This document shows positions 52,936-63,900 of a DNA stretch of 64,000 nt, in pieces. Numbering within the stretch: the first letter of the stretch is position 1; every line of letters starts with the position of its first letter. Below the pieces are notes generated by a model. That model did no database searches, had not been told where the DNA came from, and saw only the letters and a list, made by a program, of their open reading frames with translations. The position numbers were made by a program, and so were the translations under genes. Origin of the DNA: Nitrosopumilaceae archaeon (GTDB taxonomy: Archaea > Thermoproteota > Nitrososphaeria > Nitrososphaerales > Nitrosopumilaceae); contig CBDATR010000009.1 in NCBI GenBank assembly GCA_965200155.1, positions 126,287 through 190,286 on the forward strand, given 5' to 3'.

Positions 52936-53706
52936 CTAGACTGCCAATTCATCTACTCGGGAGCGTTTTTTACTAACGTACAGGTCCATGGGTATCTCGG
53001 GTAGTACTGTCTTGGCCTGCGGGGCCCGAAGATTGGTTGCCTCGGCATACTGATCAGCGACATCTGGCATTACGGTCTTGGCCTGCGGGGCCTCTAGACT
53101 ATCGGGGACTTTGGGTATTATTGTATCCACGTCGTCGGATATGGATGCCATTGCGTCCTCTAGTATGGAGGAACTGGCATCGTTTCTAACGGTGGCACTA
53201 AGGTCCATAGCGTCATCGGCCGTTACCTGGGAGCTGCTCATGAGATCGCCTAGGATACCCGATAGATCCTGTAATGAAGCGTTGGCATCCGGTATCATGC
53301 TGCCTATTGACGGGGCCAAATCCTTTATGACCGACATGCATGGACTCAGGGTAACCACGATATCGCCCAGCTCGGAGACCGTATTGAGCCGTAATTGTAT
53401 CTGCTCAAGAGATAGTTTGGCACTGTTGACTGTCTTTCTTATGTTCCGTACCTGGGCCAGCTCGTTGGCATACATTGTGGCGTATGCATTGTTGTGAATC
53501 CGCTGCGCCTCTACAGTTCTTCGGAATAGCTGATCATCCTTTGCCTTTAGCTTCTCGTCTACGGCTTGCAGCCGTGATATGGGTATTTGCAGGCGTTTCT
53601 GTGCCTCGTCCACCTTCTTGGAGAGGGGCACATCAGGTTTTACCCCTCCCAGAATCTTGCTCACTCTTTCTCTCTTTGGCTTGCCGCCCCACGCGTCGCC
53701 TATCAT
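52936..53706 (-). CDS. cdvB: ESCRT-III/Snf7 family cell division protein
   Basis: YANELAQVR, LEQIQLRLNTV.ELGD. Confidence 0.88.
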   Translation of the reverse strand: MIGDAWGGKPKRERVSKILGGVKPDVPLSKKVDEAQKRLQIPISRLQAVDEKLKAKDDQLFRRTVEAQRIHNNAYATMYANELAQVRNIRKTVNSAKLSLEQIQLRLNTVSELGDIVVTLSPCMSVIKDLAPSIGSMIPDANASLQDLSGILGDLMSSSQVTADDAMDLSATVRNDASSSILEDAMASISDDVDTIIPKVPDSLEAPQAKTVMPDVADQYAEATNLRAPQAKTVLPEIPMDLYVSKKRSRVDELAV

Positions 53707-53922
53707 AACAAAAGACTGTCTGAAAATTATGGTTAAAAAGACGGTGTAACCATTGCATGATTAACCGCGGTGACAATAGTCCGTGGTTAATACGCACCCA
53801 AGGGCGAATATAGACATGAGTTCACCTCTTAATCCCGTGCCCAAATCGTACTGATAACGAACCATCGTGCGTAAATTTAGACACTGGCGAGTCGGTACGC
53901 AACCACAGAGGGTGATTAATGC

Positions 53923-55020
53923 TCACCCAAAGGTGAAGGTGAATATCTCCAGGCCTGGCGAGTCGGTACGCAACCACAGCTCGTGCTGACCGGCAGTCTC
54001 AGAGGTCACAACGTTGTACAGATCTGACTCAGATATACGGATGGTATTGCCGTCAACATCCGAACCCCGGTACTCAGCTGCGATGGGTTCCCCGTCAAGG
54101 AATACCTCGATGGTACCGGAACCCGCGGCCACTATGTTGACCTCCTTGGCCTGATATATCAGCTCTATTCCACCACTCTCTGAGATCAGCGTCATGCCTT
54201 CCCGTCCGTTGTGCCAAGTGCCATCCATGTAGAAGAGACCCACACTCTTGGAATCCGGTATGCTATATGATACGTCGGTGTTACGGACAAATCCCTCCGG
54301 GTTACCCAAGTTGTTCCTGCCAAAGGCCAAGCCATACCCCAGGTATAATTCCGGAGTTCGACCCCTGGTATGATCAAACTGCTCTATTTCCACCAAGCTC
54401 TGTACCGGCATAATGGCCATGTTCAGGGCTTCGGCTCTCTGCGCCAATAATACCTGGATTACCTCTTCGGTCTCCTCGTAGCTGCCCTCACCTATGTGAT
54501 CATATCTGATAAATCCCTCATGATCCGCAATGTACTTGCGTGGCCAGTAACGATTCTCAAAGGCGTTCCAAGTATCCCTGTCATTATCCAGCACTACCGG
54601 GTACTGTATGTTGTATTTGTCCACCGCCTGCTGTACGTTGTTTGCGTCCTTCTCGAACTCGAACTCGGGACTGTGTATGCCTATTATAAGCAGACCCTGA
54701 TCCGCGTACTTTTCATCCCATGCCGTTATGAATGGCAGTGTCCTGATGCAGTTTATACAGGAATATGTCCATATGTCATACATGACTACATTTCCCTCAA
54801 TACGGCTCTGAAGATCCTCCGGTGTCGTGTTGATGTAGTCGGCTATGCCCACTATATCCGGGGCTGGGCGGGATAGCGACTGGTTGAGTATGGGAACATC
54901 CATGTCCAGATATACAGAGAGGTTCGCCTCTTCCACACTGCCAAAGTAGACATTGATGCCGACAATGCCTACTGCCACGACCACACCTAATACTATGGCT
55001 GTCTTTAACTCGGTCTTCAT
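53923..55020 (-). CDS. Thioredoxin-like protein (DipZ C-terminal type)
   Basis: WTYSCINCIRT, HSPEFEFE, RTPELY, FTFG. Confidence 0.9.
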   Translation of the reverse strand: MKTELKTAIVLGVVVAVGIVGINVYFGSVEEANLSVYLDMDVPILNQSLSRPAPDIVGIADYINTTPEDLQSRIEGNVVMYDIWTYSCINCIRTLPFITAWDEKYADQGLLIIGIHSPEFEFEKDANNVQQAVDKYNIQYPVVLDNDRDTWNAFENRYWPRKYIADHEGFIRYDHIGEGSYEETEEVIQVLLAQRAEALNMAIMPVQSLVEIEQFDHTRGRTPELYLGYGLAFGRNNLGNPEGFVRNTDVSYSIPDSKSVGLFYMDGTWHNGREGMTLISESGGIELIYQAKEVNIVAAGSGTIEVFLDGEPIAAEYRGSDVDGNTIRISESDLYNVVTSETAGQHELWLRTDSPGLEIFTFTFG

Positions 55021-55030
55021 ATAATCATCA

Positions 55031-55762
55031 TCATCCCATGGATACTAGCTCGTTTAGGAGCGGAAAGTTTGCCAAATATGCCAACTGATTAGTGTATACA
55101 AGGACCCCCAATACAATTATGAACGCACCAAGTATTACCGAGTAGTACTTCATGTGCTTGCTCATAGCTCGTATGATGCGCTGCGCCTTGGATATGAATA
55201 CTGCCATCAGTATGAACGGTATACCCAGACTCAGCGAGTATACTAATAGGAGATTAAATGCCGCGGCCGGTGTGGTGGCAGCCAGCGTAAGAATGGTTCC
55301 AAGTATGGGCCCCACACAGGGCGTCCATCCTGCGGCAAAGGCCAGTCCAAATACGAAGGAGAGCGGATAGGATGCCTTTTCCCGGCGCACAAAGAATTTT
55401 TTCTCCATGTTTAGGGCAGGTATGCGGGTGGAGAGTACGAGAAACGCACCGAACCCGATTATTATAATGCCACCTACCTGATTTAGTATGCCTATCACAT
55501 CACCCCCGGCACCATAAAGTACACTGTTTATGGCCACCCCAAGCATGGAGAAGACTACAGAGAATCCTAGAACAAAGAATACCGAGTTCAGTATTATGTT
55601 GGTCCGGTTTATGGTAACGGTGCCACTCTTGGAGTTATTGATATCATATAGTGTTGTTCCAGAGATATATGCCAGAAACGCGGGTATCATGGGCAGGATA
55701 CACGGGGCAAAGAATGAACCCAGTCCTGCCAACGCCGCTATAGCAATTGTTACCTCTGCCAC
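55031..55762 (-). CDS. ccdA: CcdA/DsbD-type disulfide transporter
   Basis: SFFAPC.LP, GWTPCVGP.LG. Confidence 0.92.
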   Translation of the reverse strand: MAEVTIAIAALAGLGSFFAPCILPMIPAFLAYISGTTLYDINNSKSGTVTINRTNIILNSVFFVLGFSVVFSMLGVAINSVLYGAGGDVIGILNQVGGIIIIGFGAFLVLSTRIPALNMEKKFFVRREKASYPLSFVFGLAFAAGWTPCVGPILGTILTLAATTPAAAFNLLLVYSLSLGIPFILMAVFISKAQRIIRAMSKHMKYYSVILGAFIIVLGVLVYTNQLAYLANFPLLNELVSMG

Positions 55763-55810
55763 GCCATTATTAGCATACTCATTTAATATAAGTCCATGAA
55801 TGTACTAAGC

Positions 55811-55992
55811 ATAACTGTCTAGGTCACACCATGCTCACTGCGACACCGATAGCGTGTCTTATAAGCCTACGACATACAAGACAGGTATTGTGTACGGCAA
55901 ATGCCGAATTTGTTACCCATAGACTTAGGGTAGACGCCATAGGCTTTGTACCATGGAAACACGTCTAAATTTGGAGTGGTCTAAACGGTCAC
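55811..55992. mobile_element. Degenerate MITE family B
   Basis: ataactgtctaggtc...gtctaaacggtcac. Confidence 0.35.
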
Positions 55993-56115
55993 ACTAAGCG
56001 TAACTGTATGCGTTTTTTTGTATGGTAAATGCACACCCCCGGCATAGACCAGTACCACTAAGCTCTGTCACCACTGATGAAGTGGTACAGTATGACAGGT
56101 TTCACTATAGTGGTA

Positions 56116-57210
56116 TTAATTGTCAGGCTGGTTCTGTATAGCCAAAAAATCAAAGCGGCTACACACACATGCAATGCCAAGCACCCCACTTACGGATGGC
56201 TCCACACCATGACCGCTGACAAAACGCTTGATCGGCATACCGCCCTCGGCCTGTATAAACAGACGGAATACGTTATCTGATACGCGCCTGTAATTTAGCG
56301 AATGTATTGTACGGCAGGCGGGCTTGAAGGTATCGTCCCCTATGGATATGATACCCCGCAGGCTCTTCAGTGACCGGAGTTTCTTGGGCAGTATGGCAGT
56401 ATCGGTCTCTACCCGTATTCGTGTAGTGGAAACGAATTTGGGTATCTGTGGAGGCAACCGGGATATTGTGGATATGTCATGAAATTTCACGCCCGGATAT
56501 GTCAAGTCCGAAGGCAGTATGATATCTCGTCGTACGGGGTTTTGTATGCGTGCATACATGCACCTTCCATGTACCAGGCTGGAGCTGTCCTCCCCGCCAA
56601 CCCAGGTAAACCGGACCCCAGTCCCCCCCACAACGTCTAGCAGGAAGGATGTGAACATGGACTCTACACTGTTACGGGGGCATGAATCGCAGCCTGAGCC
56701 ATCGCATGAATTGCAGAGTTTCTTCTGCGGTATGCCCCGGCGGTACTTTGTGTAGTGCGCTTGTACTACCAGGGACCTGGATCTTACAGAGCAGGAATTA
56801 TGCCGCATATCCAGCAGTATGGTAATGTCGGGGTTTGTATGATCCAGTATGGAGTCGCATTCCTTGGATATTATGCGCGTCAGACTCTTGGTCAGGGCAG
56901 TCTTTATGGAGTCGCTTCCCTTGGCACGGATCTTTGAGCGGACGTAATCATCCCTGTCCAGGAATGACGGCTTTAGTGTTACGCCTATGGAGAACGATGT
57001 AAAGTCGTATCCGGATATGCCCTCCAATATTATGGCAGAAACCGAGTTAAGATGCAACATCATGTCCTTGCATATGAAACATTTTGGTCCAGATTCTGCG
57101 GAAGAATGCAATATGGGCGAGTAGTTGCGGGACTTGTGAAATATGCGGTCCCGACAACTCTTGCACAAGTCTAGGCCGGTATCGTGCGCCAAGTTGCCAG
57201 GCGATATCAA
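56116..57210 (-). CDS. pus10: tRNA pseudouridine synthase Pus10-like
   Basis: Y.K..RGIPQ, GGED, AEGG.PIK.FVSG..VEPS. Confidence 0.8.
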   Translation of the reverse strand: MISPGNLAHDTGLDLCKSCRDRIFHKSRNYSPILHSSAESGPKCFICKDMMLHLNSVSAIILEGISGYDFTSFSIGVTLKPSFLDRDDYVRSKIRAKGSDSIKTALTKSLTRIISKECDSILDHTNPDITILLDMRHNSCSVRSRSLVVQAHYTKYRRGIPQKKLCNSCDGSGCDSCPRNSVESMFTSFLLDVVGGTGVRFTWVGGEDSSSLVHGRCMYARIQNPVRRDIILPSDLTYPGVKFHDISTISRLPPQIPKFVSTTRIRVETDTAILPKKLRSLKSLRGIISIGDDTFKPACRTIHSLNYRRVSDNVFRLFIQAEGGMPIKRFVSGHGVEPSVSGVLGIACVCSRFDFLAIQNQPDN

Positions 57211-58526
57211 CCCATACCCAGCCGACGCATGAACCCCTGCATTTTACGACCCTTGTTGGACTTGATCGTGGACTTGGTTGTGTTAAACTGTTTTATCAGA
57301 TTCTTGACATCACGCTCCCCATTACCGGAACCTCGCGCTATACGCTGTATTCGGGAACGGTTTAGCGTATTGGGATCCAGGCGCTCCTGATCGGTCATGC
57401 TTTGTACTATGGCACGCCATTTCTCGGTGTTCCTCTGGGCCTGCTCGGCCTGGCTCTCGCTTATCTTTCCGGCAAACATAGGTATGCTGTCGAGCAGCTC
57501 CTTCATGGAACCGGCGTTCTGCACGTTCTCCAGCTCGTTTAAAAAGTCCAGCAGGGTCATCTTGCCACGAACTATGCGCGCGGCCCTGTCGTCACTGACC
57601 TGATTCTCCAGCTTCTTTGCCAAATCCAGCACCGCCCGTATATCACCCATTCCGAGCATGCGTCCCACAAACCGGGTGGGCGAGAATGGGGCCAAGTCAT
57701 CAATTCTCTCACCGTTACTGATGAACATTATATGGGCACCGGTAGCCGCGGCGGCTGCCAGGGCGCCCCCGCCCCTTCCCGAACTATCCAGCTTTGTTAT
57801 GATAATACCGCCGACGGGAACTGCCCCATGAAACGCCTTTGCCTGATTGTGACACTGCTGTCCTATGGTGCCGTCTATCACTAGGAGCGATATGTCTGGG
57901 CTGGCAACTGCCCCGATTCGATTCATCTCTTCGAGCAGGTCTTTTTCTTCCTTGTGACGCCCTGCCGTATCAATTATGACATAGTCGTAGGAATTACCAA
58001 AGTGTTTTAGGCCATCCCGCACTATATCGGCAGAATCCCTGGGCGTCTTGCTCCCGTATACGGCAGCCTTGGCTTTATCGCACATGGAACGCAACTGTAC
58101 CAAGGCGCCTGGTCGGTAGTTGTCTGCTCCAATAACCCCTACACTGTGACCCTGTCCCCTCAACATCTTGGCAAGTTTGGCGCAGGTGGTAGTCTTACCG
58201 CTGCCCTGTATACCCAGTAACAGAATTCGTATGGTACCATCTTTTTTGGGCAATGCGGATTCCTCGCCCAGCAACCCGGAGAGTTCATCGTACAGTATCT
58301 TTATGATGTGATCCTTGCGGGAGAGGCCGGGTGGAGGATTCTCTTCTAGTGCCCTGGTATACAGCTTGCCCGTTATATCCACGACTAGGCTGGTCTCCAC
58401 ATCGGACATTATCAGAGCCCGCTGAATGTCCTTTTTTAGCTGGTTAATGGTATCCTTGTCCACACCCTGTGAACGAATTACCTTGTCCACTGCACCCCTC
58501 AGGTTGCTACGAAGATCATCCAGCAT
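57207..58526 (-). CDS. srp54: Signal recognition particle protein SRP54
   Basis: G.QGSGKTTT, DTAGRH, TKLD, LGMGD. Confidence 0.97.
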   Translation of the reverse strand: MLDDLRSNLRGAVDKVIRSQGVDKDTINQLKKDIQRALIMSDVETSLVVDITGKLYTRALEENPPPGLSRKDHIIKILYDELSGLLGEESALPKKDGTIRILLLGIQGSGKTTTCAKLAKMLRGQGHSVGVIGADNYRPGALVQLRSMCDKAKAAVYGSKTPRDSADIVRDGLKHFGNSYDYVIIDTAGRHKEEKDLLEEMNRIGAVASPDISLLVIDGTIGQQCHNQAKAFHGAVPVGGIIITKLDSSGRGGGALAAAAATGAHIMFISNGERIDDLAPFSPTRFVGRMLGMGDIRAVLDLAKKLENQVSDDRAARIVRGKMTLLDFLNELENVQNAGSMKELLDSIPMFAGKISESQAEQAQRNTEKWRAIVQSMTDQERLDPNTLNRSRIQRIARGSGNGERDVKNLIKQFNTTKSTIKSNKGRKMQGFMRRLGMG

Positions 58527-59203
58527 CAGTTCATGAGACGCGCTCCCGATATTTCAAACCTTCCCGTGTAGCCATCCCAGCTAGGCACGCCGCACAGCAT
58601 TATTCCCGAAGAGAATAAAGGGCAGTCCACCACAAAGGTCTCTGCCTCCCCGCCCTCAAAGTCTACCGCAACCCCGTATTCCGCGCTGAGTCCGTGCAAA
58701 TATTGTAATCGCTCCTGTGTCATGACCCGGCCCAACCACGAACCGTCCAGACCTCCGGCAGATACGCTTATCACTACAAACCGGAATCCCTCTTGTAGCA
58801 TGCGCTCTACGTATCCGGAGCCATACCCCCATACCGGAGATAACATGGAAAGGGAGTGCCGGTTACAGAGAGCGGCAAACCGTTTCTGCTGGTACCTGCT
58901 GCGTATTCCACCATGAACCAGACCCTGTATGTCATGCTTTTGTATAGCCCACTGCACCAGGCCGTCCAGGGCCATATCCTCGCGTGATGTATCAGGCGAG
59001 TCAGTATGTTCACCGCGCCAGTCTATACCCATGGATCTTGCCTGCAGTTTAGTGTATGCAGTTCCCGGGTGATGTAACAGATGACTATCGGGCGATGGTG
59101 TATGAACTGTCAGCAGGCAACAGATATCATGGCCGGTACCCCTGGCGGCATAAACGGCGTAAGTGCTGTCCTTGCCGCCAGAGAACAAAACCCCTACCCG
59201 CAT
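58526..59203 (-). CDS. dph6: Diphthine-ammonia ligase
   Basis: LFSGGKDS PP-loop, EGGE.ETFV.D.PLF. Confidence 0.9.
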   Translation of the reverse strand: MRVGVLFSGGKDSTYAVYAARGTGHDICCLLTVHTPSPDSHLLHHPGTAYTKLQARSMGIDWRGEHTDSPDTSREDMALDGLVQWAIQKHDIQGLVHGGIRSRYQQKRFAALCNRHSLSMLSPVWGYGSGYVERMLQEGFRFVVISVSAGGLDGSWLGRVMTQERLQYLHGLSAEYGVAVDFEGGEAETFVVDCPLFSSGIMLCGVPSWDGYTGRFEISGARLMN

Positions 59204-59278
59204 AACACGGACACCTCATAACTCATAATCCTCATCACATGCATCAGATGGCTTTTCCGACAATCATCGGCATCCGGA

Positions 59279-59689
59279 TTAGTTTTTGATACGCATTATT
59301 TTAGTCCTGTCCATGACCTGCCAGTACTCTACGTTCTGATCATTCTCCAGGCGATCTCGTATCTCCTCATCCACCAATGTGATATCAATGGTCTCAAAGG
59401 TCTCCGAATCCATAATCTGAATCAGATCCCCCGTCATGGATATTATCTGGCCGGTACGCTTGTCTATGAGTGGTACGTGTACCTGCATACTTACAGGTCC
59501 CACATGAGGCCGCTTCTGGCCATCAAAGACGCCTACACCAACTATACGAGCCTTGGCGGCGCCGTGTTTGCCCGGTTTTGAAGTATCATACTCGGATATA
59601 CGACACGGCTCGCCTGTGGGTTGATCATTGACTGGCAGTAATATGTAGGAACCTATCTTTAACGAACCCAACTCTACAGGTTTGCTCAT
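59279..59689 (-). CDS. eif5a: Translation factor aIF5A
   Basis: SKPGKHGAAKA. Confidence 0.97.
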   Translation of the reverse strand: MSKPVELGSLKIGSYILLPVNDQPTGEPCRISEYDTSKPGKHGAAKARIVGVGVFDGQKRPHVGPVSMQVHVPLIDKRTGQIISMTGDLIQIMDSETFETIDITLVDEEIRDRLENDQNVEYWQVMDRTKIMRIKN

Positions 59690-59743
59690 ACTGAACCGGT
59701 CGTACTGAGACGTATTTATTATTTGATATTGTGTGCGGGTGAT

Positions 59744-60777
59744 TGTAATGTATGAAAAGTCGGTCCGCTAGTCATTGGCATCCCGCTCCATCCATTTTGC
59801 ATCATTTGCTATAATTATCTGGGTCGCCTTTTTATTCCTGGAGTGGTGTTTCGCCGTTATCTATACAGTGAGAAGTGCAACCTTCTCTCATTGTAGTAGT
59901 CTACATAATCCCGGAGACTGTCATAATGCCATATCTCGTTGGACTCTTAAATAAGAGTCCCCTCGTCCTCAATCATTCCATGGAAGCGCTCCAGTTTGCC
60001 ATTTGTCTGCGGGTGGTATGGCCTGGAATTGATTAGTATGATGTCTTGATCCAGCAGTTCTTCCTAGAATAGTGGGTTTCCAGCTTTTCTTGCCCTTTTA
60101 TTGTCCTACGAAACACGCGCCGTTATCCGAGATGCAGGGGCGCCGAATCGTTTCATTGCCAATCTCAGTAATAGAGTGGCGTTCTCTGAGGTTGCATGCT
60201 AGAATAGTGCCGCTCCGACTATACACCTGGATGCATCATCTATGAGATTCAGTCCCTCGAAGCGCTCATCTTTTCATGACATGCCAGTGCCACATTGCAT
60301 TGGAATATTTACGCTCATAGCGTACCCACTCTGACTTTGCAGGTGATGAGACTGTCGTACCGTTCTTTTTCATTATGCGATATACTGCGCGATATGTATT
60401 ATGTCTAAGCCTCTTCGCAATACGTACTACTCCGGCGGGGTCCTTGCTGTATGCTTCAGTTACCATTCGTATCTGGGTGGCGGTGATTAGTATCATGGAC
60501 CTGCCCATCTTGAGTCGTTCCCGTTCTCTGGTTCACAATCTTCGTACGTGTCTTGTTTCAGGTCTTGAGCTATTTTGGTGGCGGCAACGCCTCTTTTGTC
60601 TTGATTCCTCTGTTATTCTCTTTACCATCTGGCTTGTGCAATCTGGACTACTGTACGCCGGATCCTAAGCGGACTTACTTTTCGTACTATTGATTCCGGA
60701 ATCTTATGCACAAATCACATTAACTGGTAACCGGTTCTATCAGTTATGCGTAAATTTAGACACAGGTGAACTCATAC
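59744..60777 (-). mobile_element. Decayed IS481 copy (59744-60693) fused to truncated MITE-A (60694-60777)
   Basis: Same fusion junction as 40603-41688. Confidence 0.87.
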
Positions 60778-60923
60778 GATCCTTCAGGCAGGGGGCGGAG
60801 CCATGCCGCTACGAAGTGTCAAGGCAGTGTTGGCCAGGATCATTCCTTATTGGTACAGTGAGCGGCATACCACACGCCAGATTTGGCATGAATTCCCCTA
60901 TGGCTAAATTTATGCACGTTGTG

Positions 60924-62255
60924 TCAGGATTTATCATATTCAGCCATATGGCATATGCGCCTTATCTTGGATACTACATTCTCAGGGGTGGTGCCAAAGA
61001 TTATGGTCATGGGCTCCTTGCCAAAGTCACCCTTGTGGCACACCGCATCGGGTGCCTTTGGCGCATCGGTGACTGCCTGGCTCACGCCCCACGCTACCGA
61101 GGAGCCGGACTCTTTTATGTCCGGCGGCTCCTGGTTCCTGTCATAGAATGCTACCGCCATATCCGCGCGAATAATTGCAGAGAGTACTGTTGATGAATAT
61201 TGTATATTTACAGCTGCCCGTACGTGTGGAAAACGGCCACGAATGGCGCAAACGGCAGAAGCCACATGATGGGAACCGCCCGGTATCACATCCCCCGCAA
61301 CCACCGCGGTATCACACGCGCGGACTATCCTCCCACACACTCCCAGTACTTCATTGGGAGTGGTTGAGTGTAATGGAGCATATGCAAAGTTGGTTTGACA
61401 TTGTGGTATGAGACGGAAAAAACCCCGCACCGCGCATAGGGACTGTATCCACAAAGACAGGTTGCCAGCATCACTGAGGGAATTACCCACTACGGGGACC
61501 CCCCGTCCTGGCGAGACGGTGCCGGATAGCGCCATATACGCGGTTCTGTGTGCCAGTTTAGCTGCATTAAAGATGCCAGAATTTTGTGCCATATGGCAAG
61601 CCAAGGCCGCGGAGTATGTACAACCGCTCCCGCGATTTGTTATATCAAGACGCTCTCCCGCAATATAATGATGCATAACGCCCGACTCTCCGGAGACACA
61701 CACTATGTCCACCACACTGTCACCATCAGTTACGCCGGTAACTATAACATTCGGTACGGATACCATTTCCATAAGGAGTGTGACGGCATTCTCCGCGGAA
61801 GGTACATCATGAGGTTTTGTATCGGTCAGATATGCAAGCTCCTGCAAGTTGGGAGTAATGACAGAGGTCATGGGAATGATATTCTGAATCAAGTACGACT
61901 TGGCAGATTCCTCCAGGAGGGCACCGCCGGTGGTGGATACCACTACCGGATCCAGTACTATTGGTACGTTTAGATCTCCCAGGATATCCGTTATGGCATC
62001 CATAGCCTCGCGGCCCCACAGCATACCTATCTTTACTGTATGAATGTCAAAATCTGAGAGGATGGATTCCAGTTGCTGCATTATTGTGGAGCGCGGTACA
62101 GGGTATGTCCCCAGGAACGCAGTGGTATTTTGTCCCGTTATGGCAGTTACCACACTGAGTGGGTGCGCGCCCAGCGAGGCGGATACGACAACATCCCGCT
62201 GCACCCCCGATGCTCCAGAGGGATCAAATCCACCCACACACAGAATATTCAACAT
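60924..62255 (-). CDS. thiDN: HMP/HMP-P kinase fused to thiamine-phosphate synthase ThiN
   Basis: GG.DPSG.SG...D, VLDPV, TPN..E, GSGC; IPQCQTN, GDFGKEP. Confidence 0.92.
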   Translation of the reverse strand: MLNILCVGGFDPSGASGVQRDVVVSASLGAHPLSVVTAITGQNTTAFLGTYPVPRSTIMQQLESILSDFDIHTVKIGMLWGREAMDAITDILGDLNVPIVLDPVVVSTTGGALLEESAKSYLIQNIIPMTSVITPNLQELAYLTDTKPHDVPSAENAVTLLMEMVSVPNVIVTGVTDGDSVVDIVCVSGESGVMHHYIAGERLDITNRGSGCTYSAALACHMAQNSGIFNAAKLAHRTAYMALSGTVSPGRGVPVVGNSLSDAGNLSLWIQSLCAVRGFFRLIPQCQTNFAYAPLHSTTPNEVLGVCGRIVRACDTAVVAGDVIPGGSHHVASAVCAIRGRFPHVRAAVNIQYSSTVLSAIIRADMAVAFYDRNQEPPDIKESGSSVAWGVSQAVTDAPKAPDAVCHKGDFGKEPMTIIFGTTPENVVSKIRRICHMAEYDKS

Positions 62256-62353
62256 ATGACTGGAGGCGGTAATGCCATATGTGTTTGTTATTATACCGTG
62301 TTCCATAAGCTTGTGGCGTATAGCGGTCACCATAAGTCTTTGACTATTGATTT

Positions 62354-63770
62354 TCATGGCGCCTCGCTCCTGGACAGTACCTGGCTTTGGCTTGTCACCA
62401 TTATTCCCGCCCTGACGCCTCCGGACGACCCGCTCGGCCACCCCATGCAGGGAAACCGGTTACTATGCGCCGCGTTGATATCGGCGTCACTCTCCTGGTT
62501 ACATCGGGTGCATCTAAATACATCCCAGTTAAACGTGCTAACATGTCCACACACGTGACAGGTCTGGCGGGTATACTGTGCAGGAACGACCTCCCGTTCC
62601 ACTCCCAATATCTCGCATTTCGTATGAGTTCACGTCTTCCGGAATCTTATGCACAAAAGAACCGGTTCTTTAACTGTCGCGATCAGTTATGCGTAAATTT
62701 AAACACAGGTGAACTCACACCACATTTCTGCTCCAGCTTGTGCAAGAATGTGCCAGCGCGGTTCTCACGCATCATTCGATTCATTGTTCTCTTGTGGTTG
62801 CCCCCGTGAGCAGTCATGGGTTTTACCGACAGGTCCTCAATGACTACCTTGTCAACTCCACTGGTAACGGCGTAGACTATTCCTGTTAATGGAGTCGTTC
62901 GCGATGTTATTCGCTCGCTTCCACAATCGTGATATTTTCTTCTCGATCTTTCGCTTCCTGCGCTTACCTTTTCGCGTTCTAATACTCCGGAGTGAGATAA
63001 TCTCACGTAATATGGAACGATGTCTCATGTTATGAATAATCGTTCTGCCATTCGTGTAATCTGTTACAGCTAGATGTTTCCCGCCGACATCCACGCCACG
63101 AACAACACCGGCTGTCACGTGCCTTTCAGGCACCATTACAACATTGATGTGAATCTTGAATTGACGCTCCCTACTATTGGTTACTCGTTCCACTATCTTG
63201 AATGAGTGCATGTCCAAGGAACGATCGATTGTTTTGGTTGTTCTCACCACACCAATACCCGGCAGGTATAGTTCACGAGAACCGCACCTTATCGGCGGAC
63301 TCACACATTACTCTATCATTGTCACGCCGGTGTGGTATGTAATTAGAATGATCCTCGTACGCCCGCCTGCACGCGGCAGACGCCTGTAGTATTGCACCTC
63401 GGCCATAGTTAGAGGGTAACTCGCGCACCCACTCCAGATCAGGGCGCCACTTTGTCAATTCCAGGAACAAACCATTCTTGTTGGACTGGTAAACCGTCCC
63501 CTGATAGCAGTTCTAGAACGCGGTAGCTGATTCACGTATAATGAATCACAGACCATATGATGACTTGGCGGACTCGTTCTTATTCTTGACCTTGGCCGGA
63601 TCATGCTTCAATTCAAGAGTGGTTCCGGGTATGTAACAACCACCCAGCGTGATCTCGGACACCGCCCTGTCATATACGTAATCGGATGTGTGTTCAAATA
63701 TCTTGGCGCGCCGGGAGAATTCACTATTATTTTTCAACGGTATAATGACGGTCCGAATTATGTCACTCAT
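62354..63770 (-). pseudogene. tnpB: TnpB RNA-guided nuclease, fragmented
   Basis: GVDVG, VVIEDL, YTRQTCHVCG..FRCTRC..DADINAA in several frames. Confidence 0.88.
62622..62720. mobile_element. MITE-A variant inside tnpB
   Basis: TSD CGCATTTC/CACATTTC. Confidence 0.9.
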
Positions 63771-63900
63771 GGTTTTACTCTAGTAGTTCTATATAAGTAC
63801 GGTCCTATACCCGGCAAAGACTTATGGTGGATGCTATACATCGCAGAATACCGGCTGCCTTTTACGTCATTATATTAGAGAGTGACACCAAGTATATGTC

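Larger units (their letters stand above)
62318..63839 (-). mobile_element. TIR-bounded element carrying tnpB
   Basis: gtatagcggtcaccataagtctttg / caaagacttatggtggatgctatac (22/25 inverted). Confidence 0.7.

Noticed and set aside
53009-53092. 18-bp repeat in cdvB (APQAKT twice)
   Set aside because: Short coding repeat in a flexible C-terminal tail.
53884-53979. 25-bp direct repeat at 71-bp period as a spacer unit
   Set aside because: The intervening DNA is the native 3' end of the gene; the extra copy abuts an eroded MITE (about 53814-53884), so a local rearrangement is more likely.
3772-60777. Short ORFs containing YEFTSSG, MHKIPEDVNSY or MICAQDSGRRELI, and long antisense ORFs
   Set aside because: Translations of the MITE or shadows of real genes.
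62256-62441. N-terminal extension of ThiDN
   Set aside because: The extension runs through the tnpB element end; homology starts at Met 62255.
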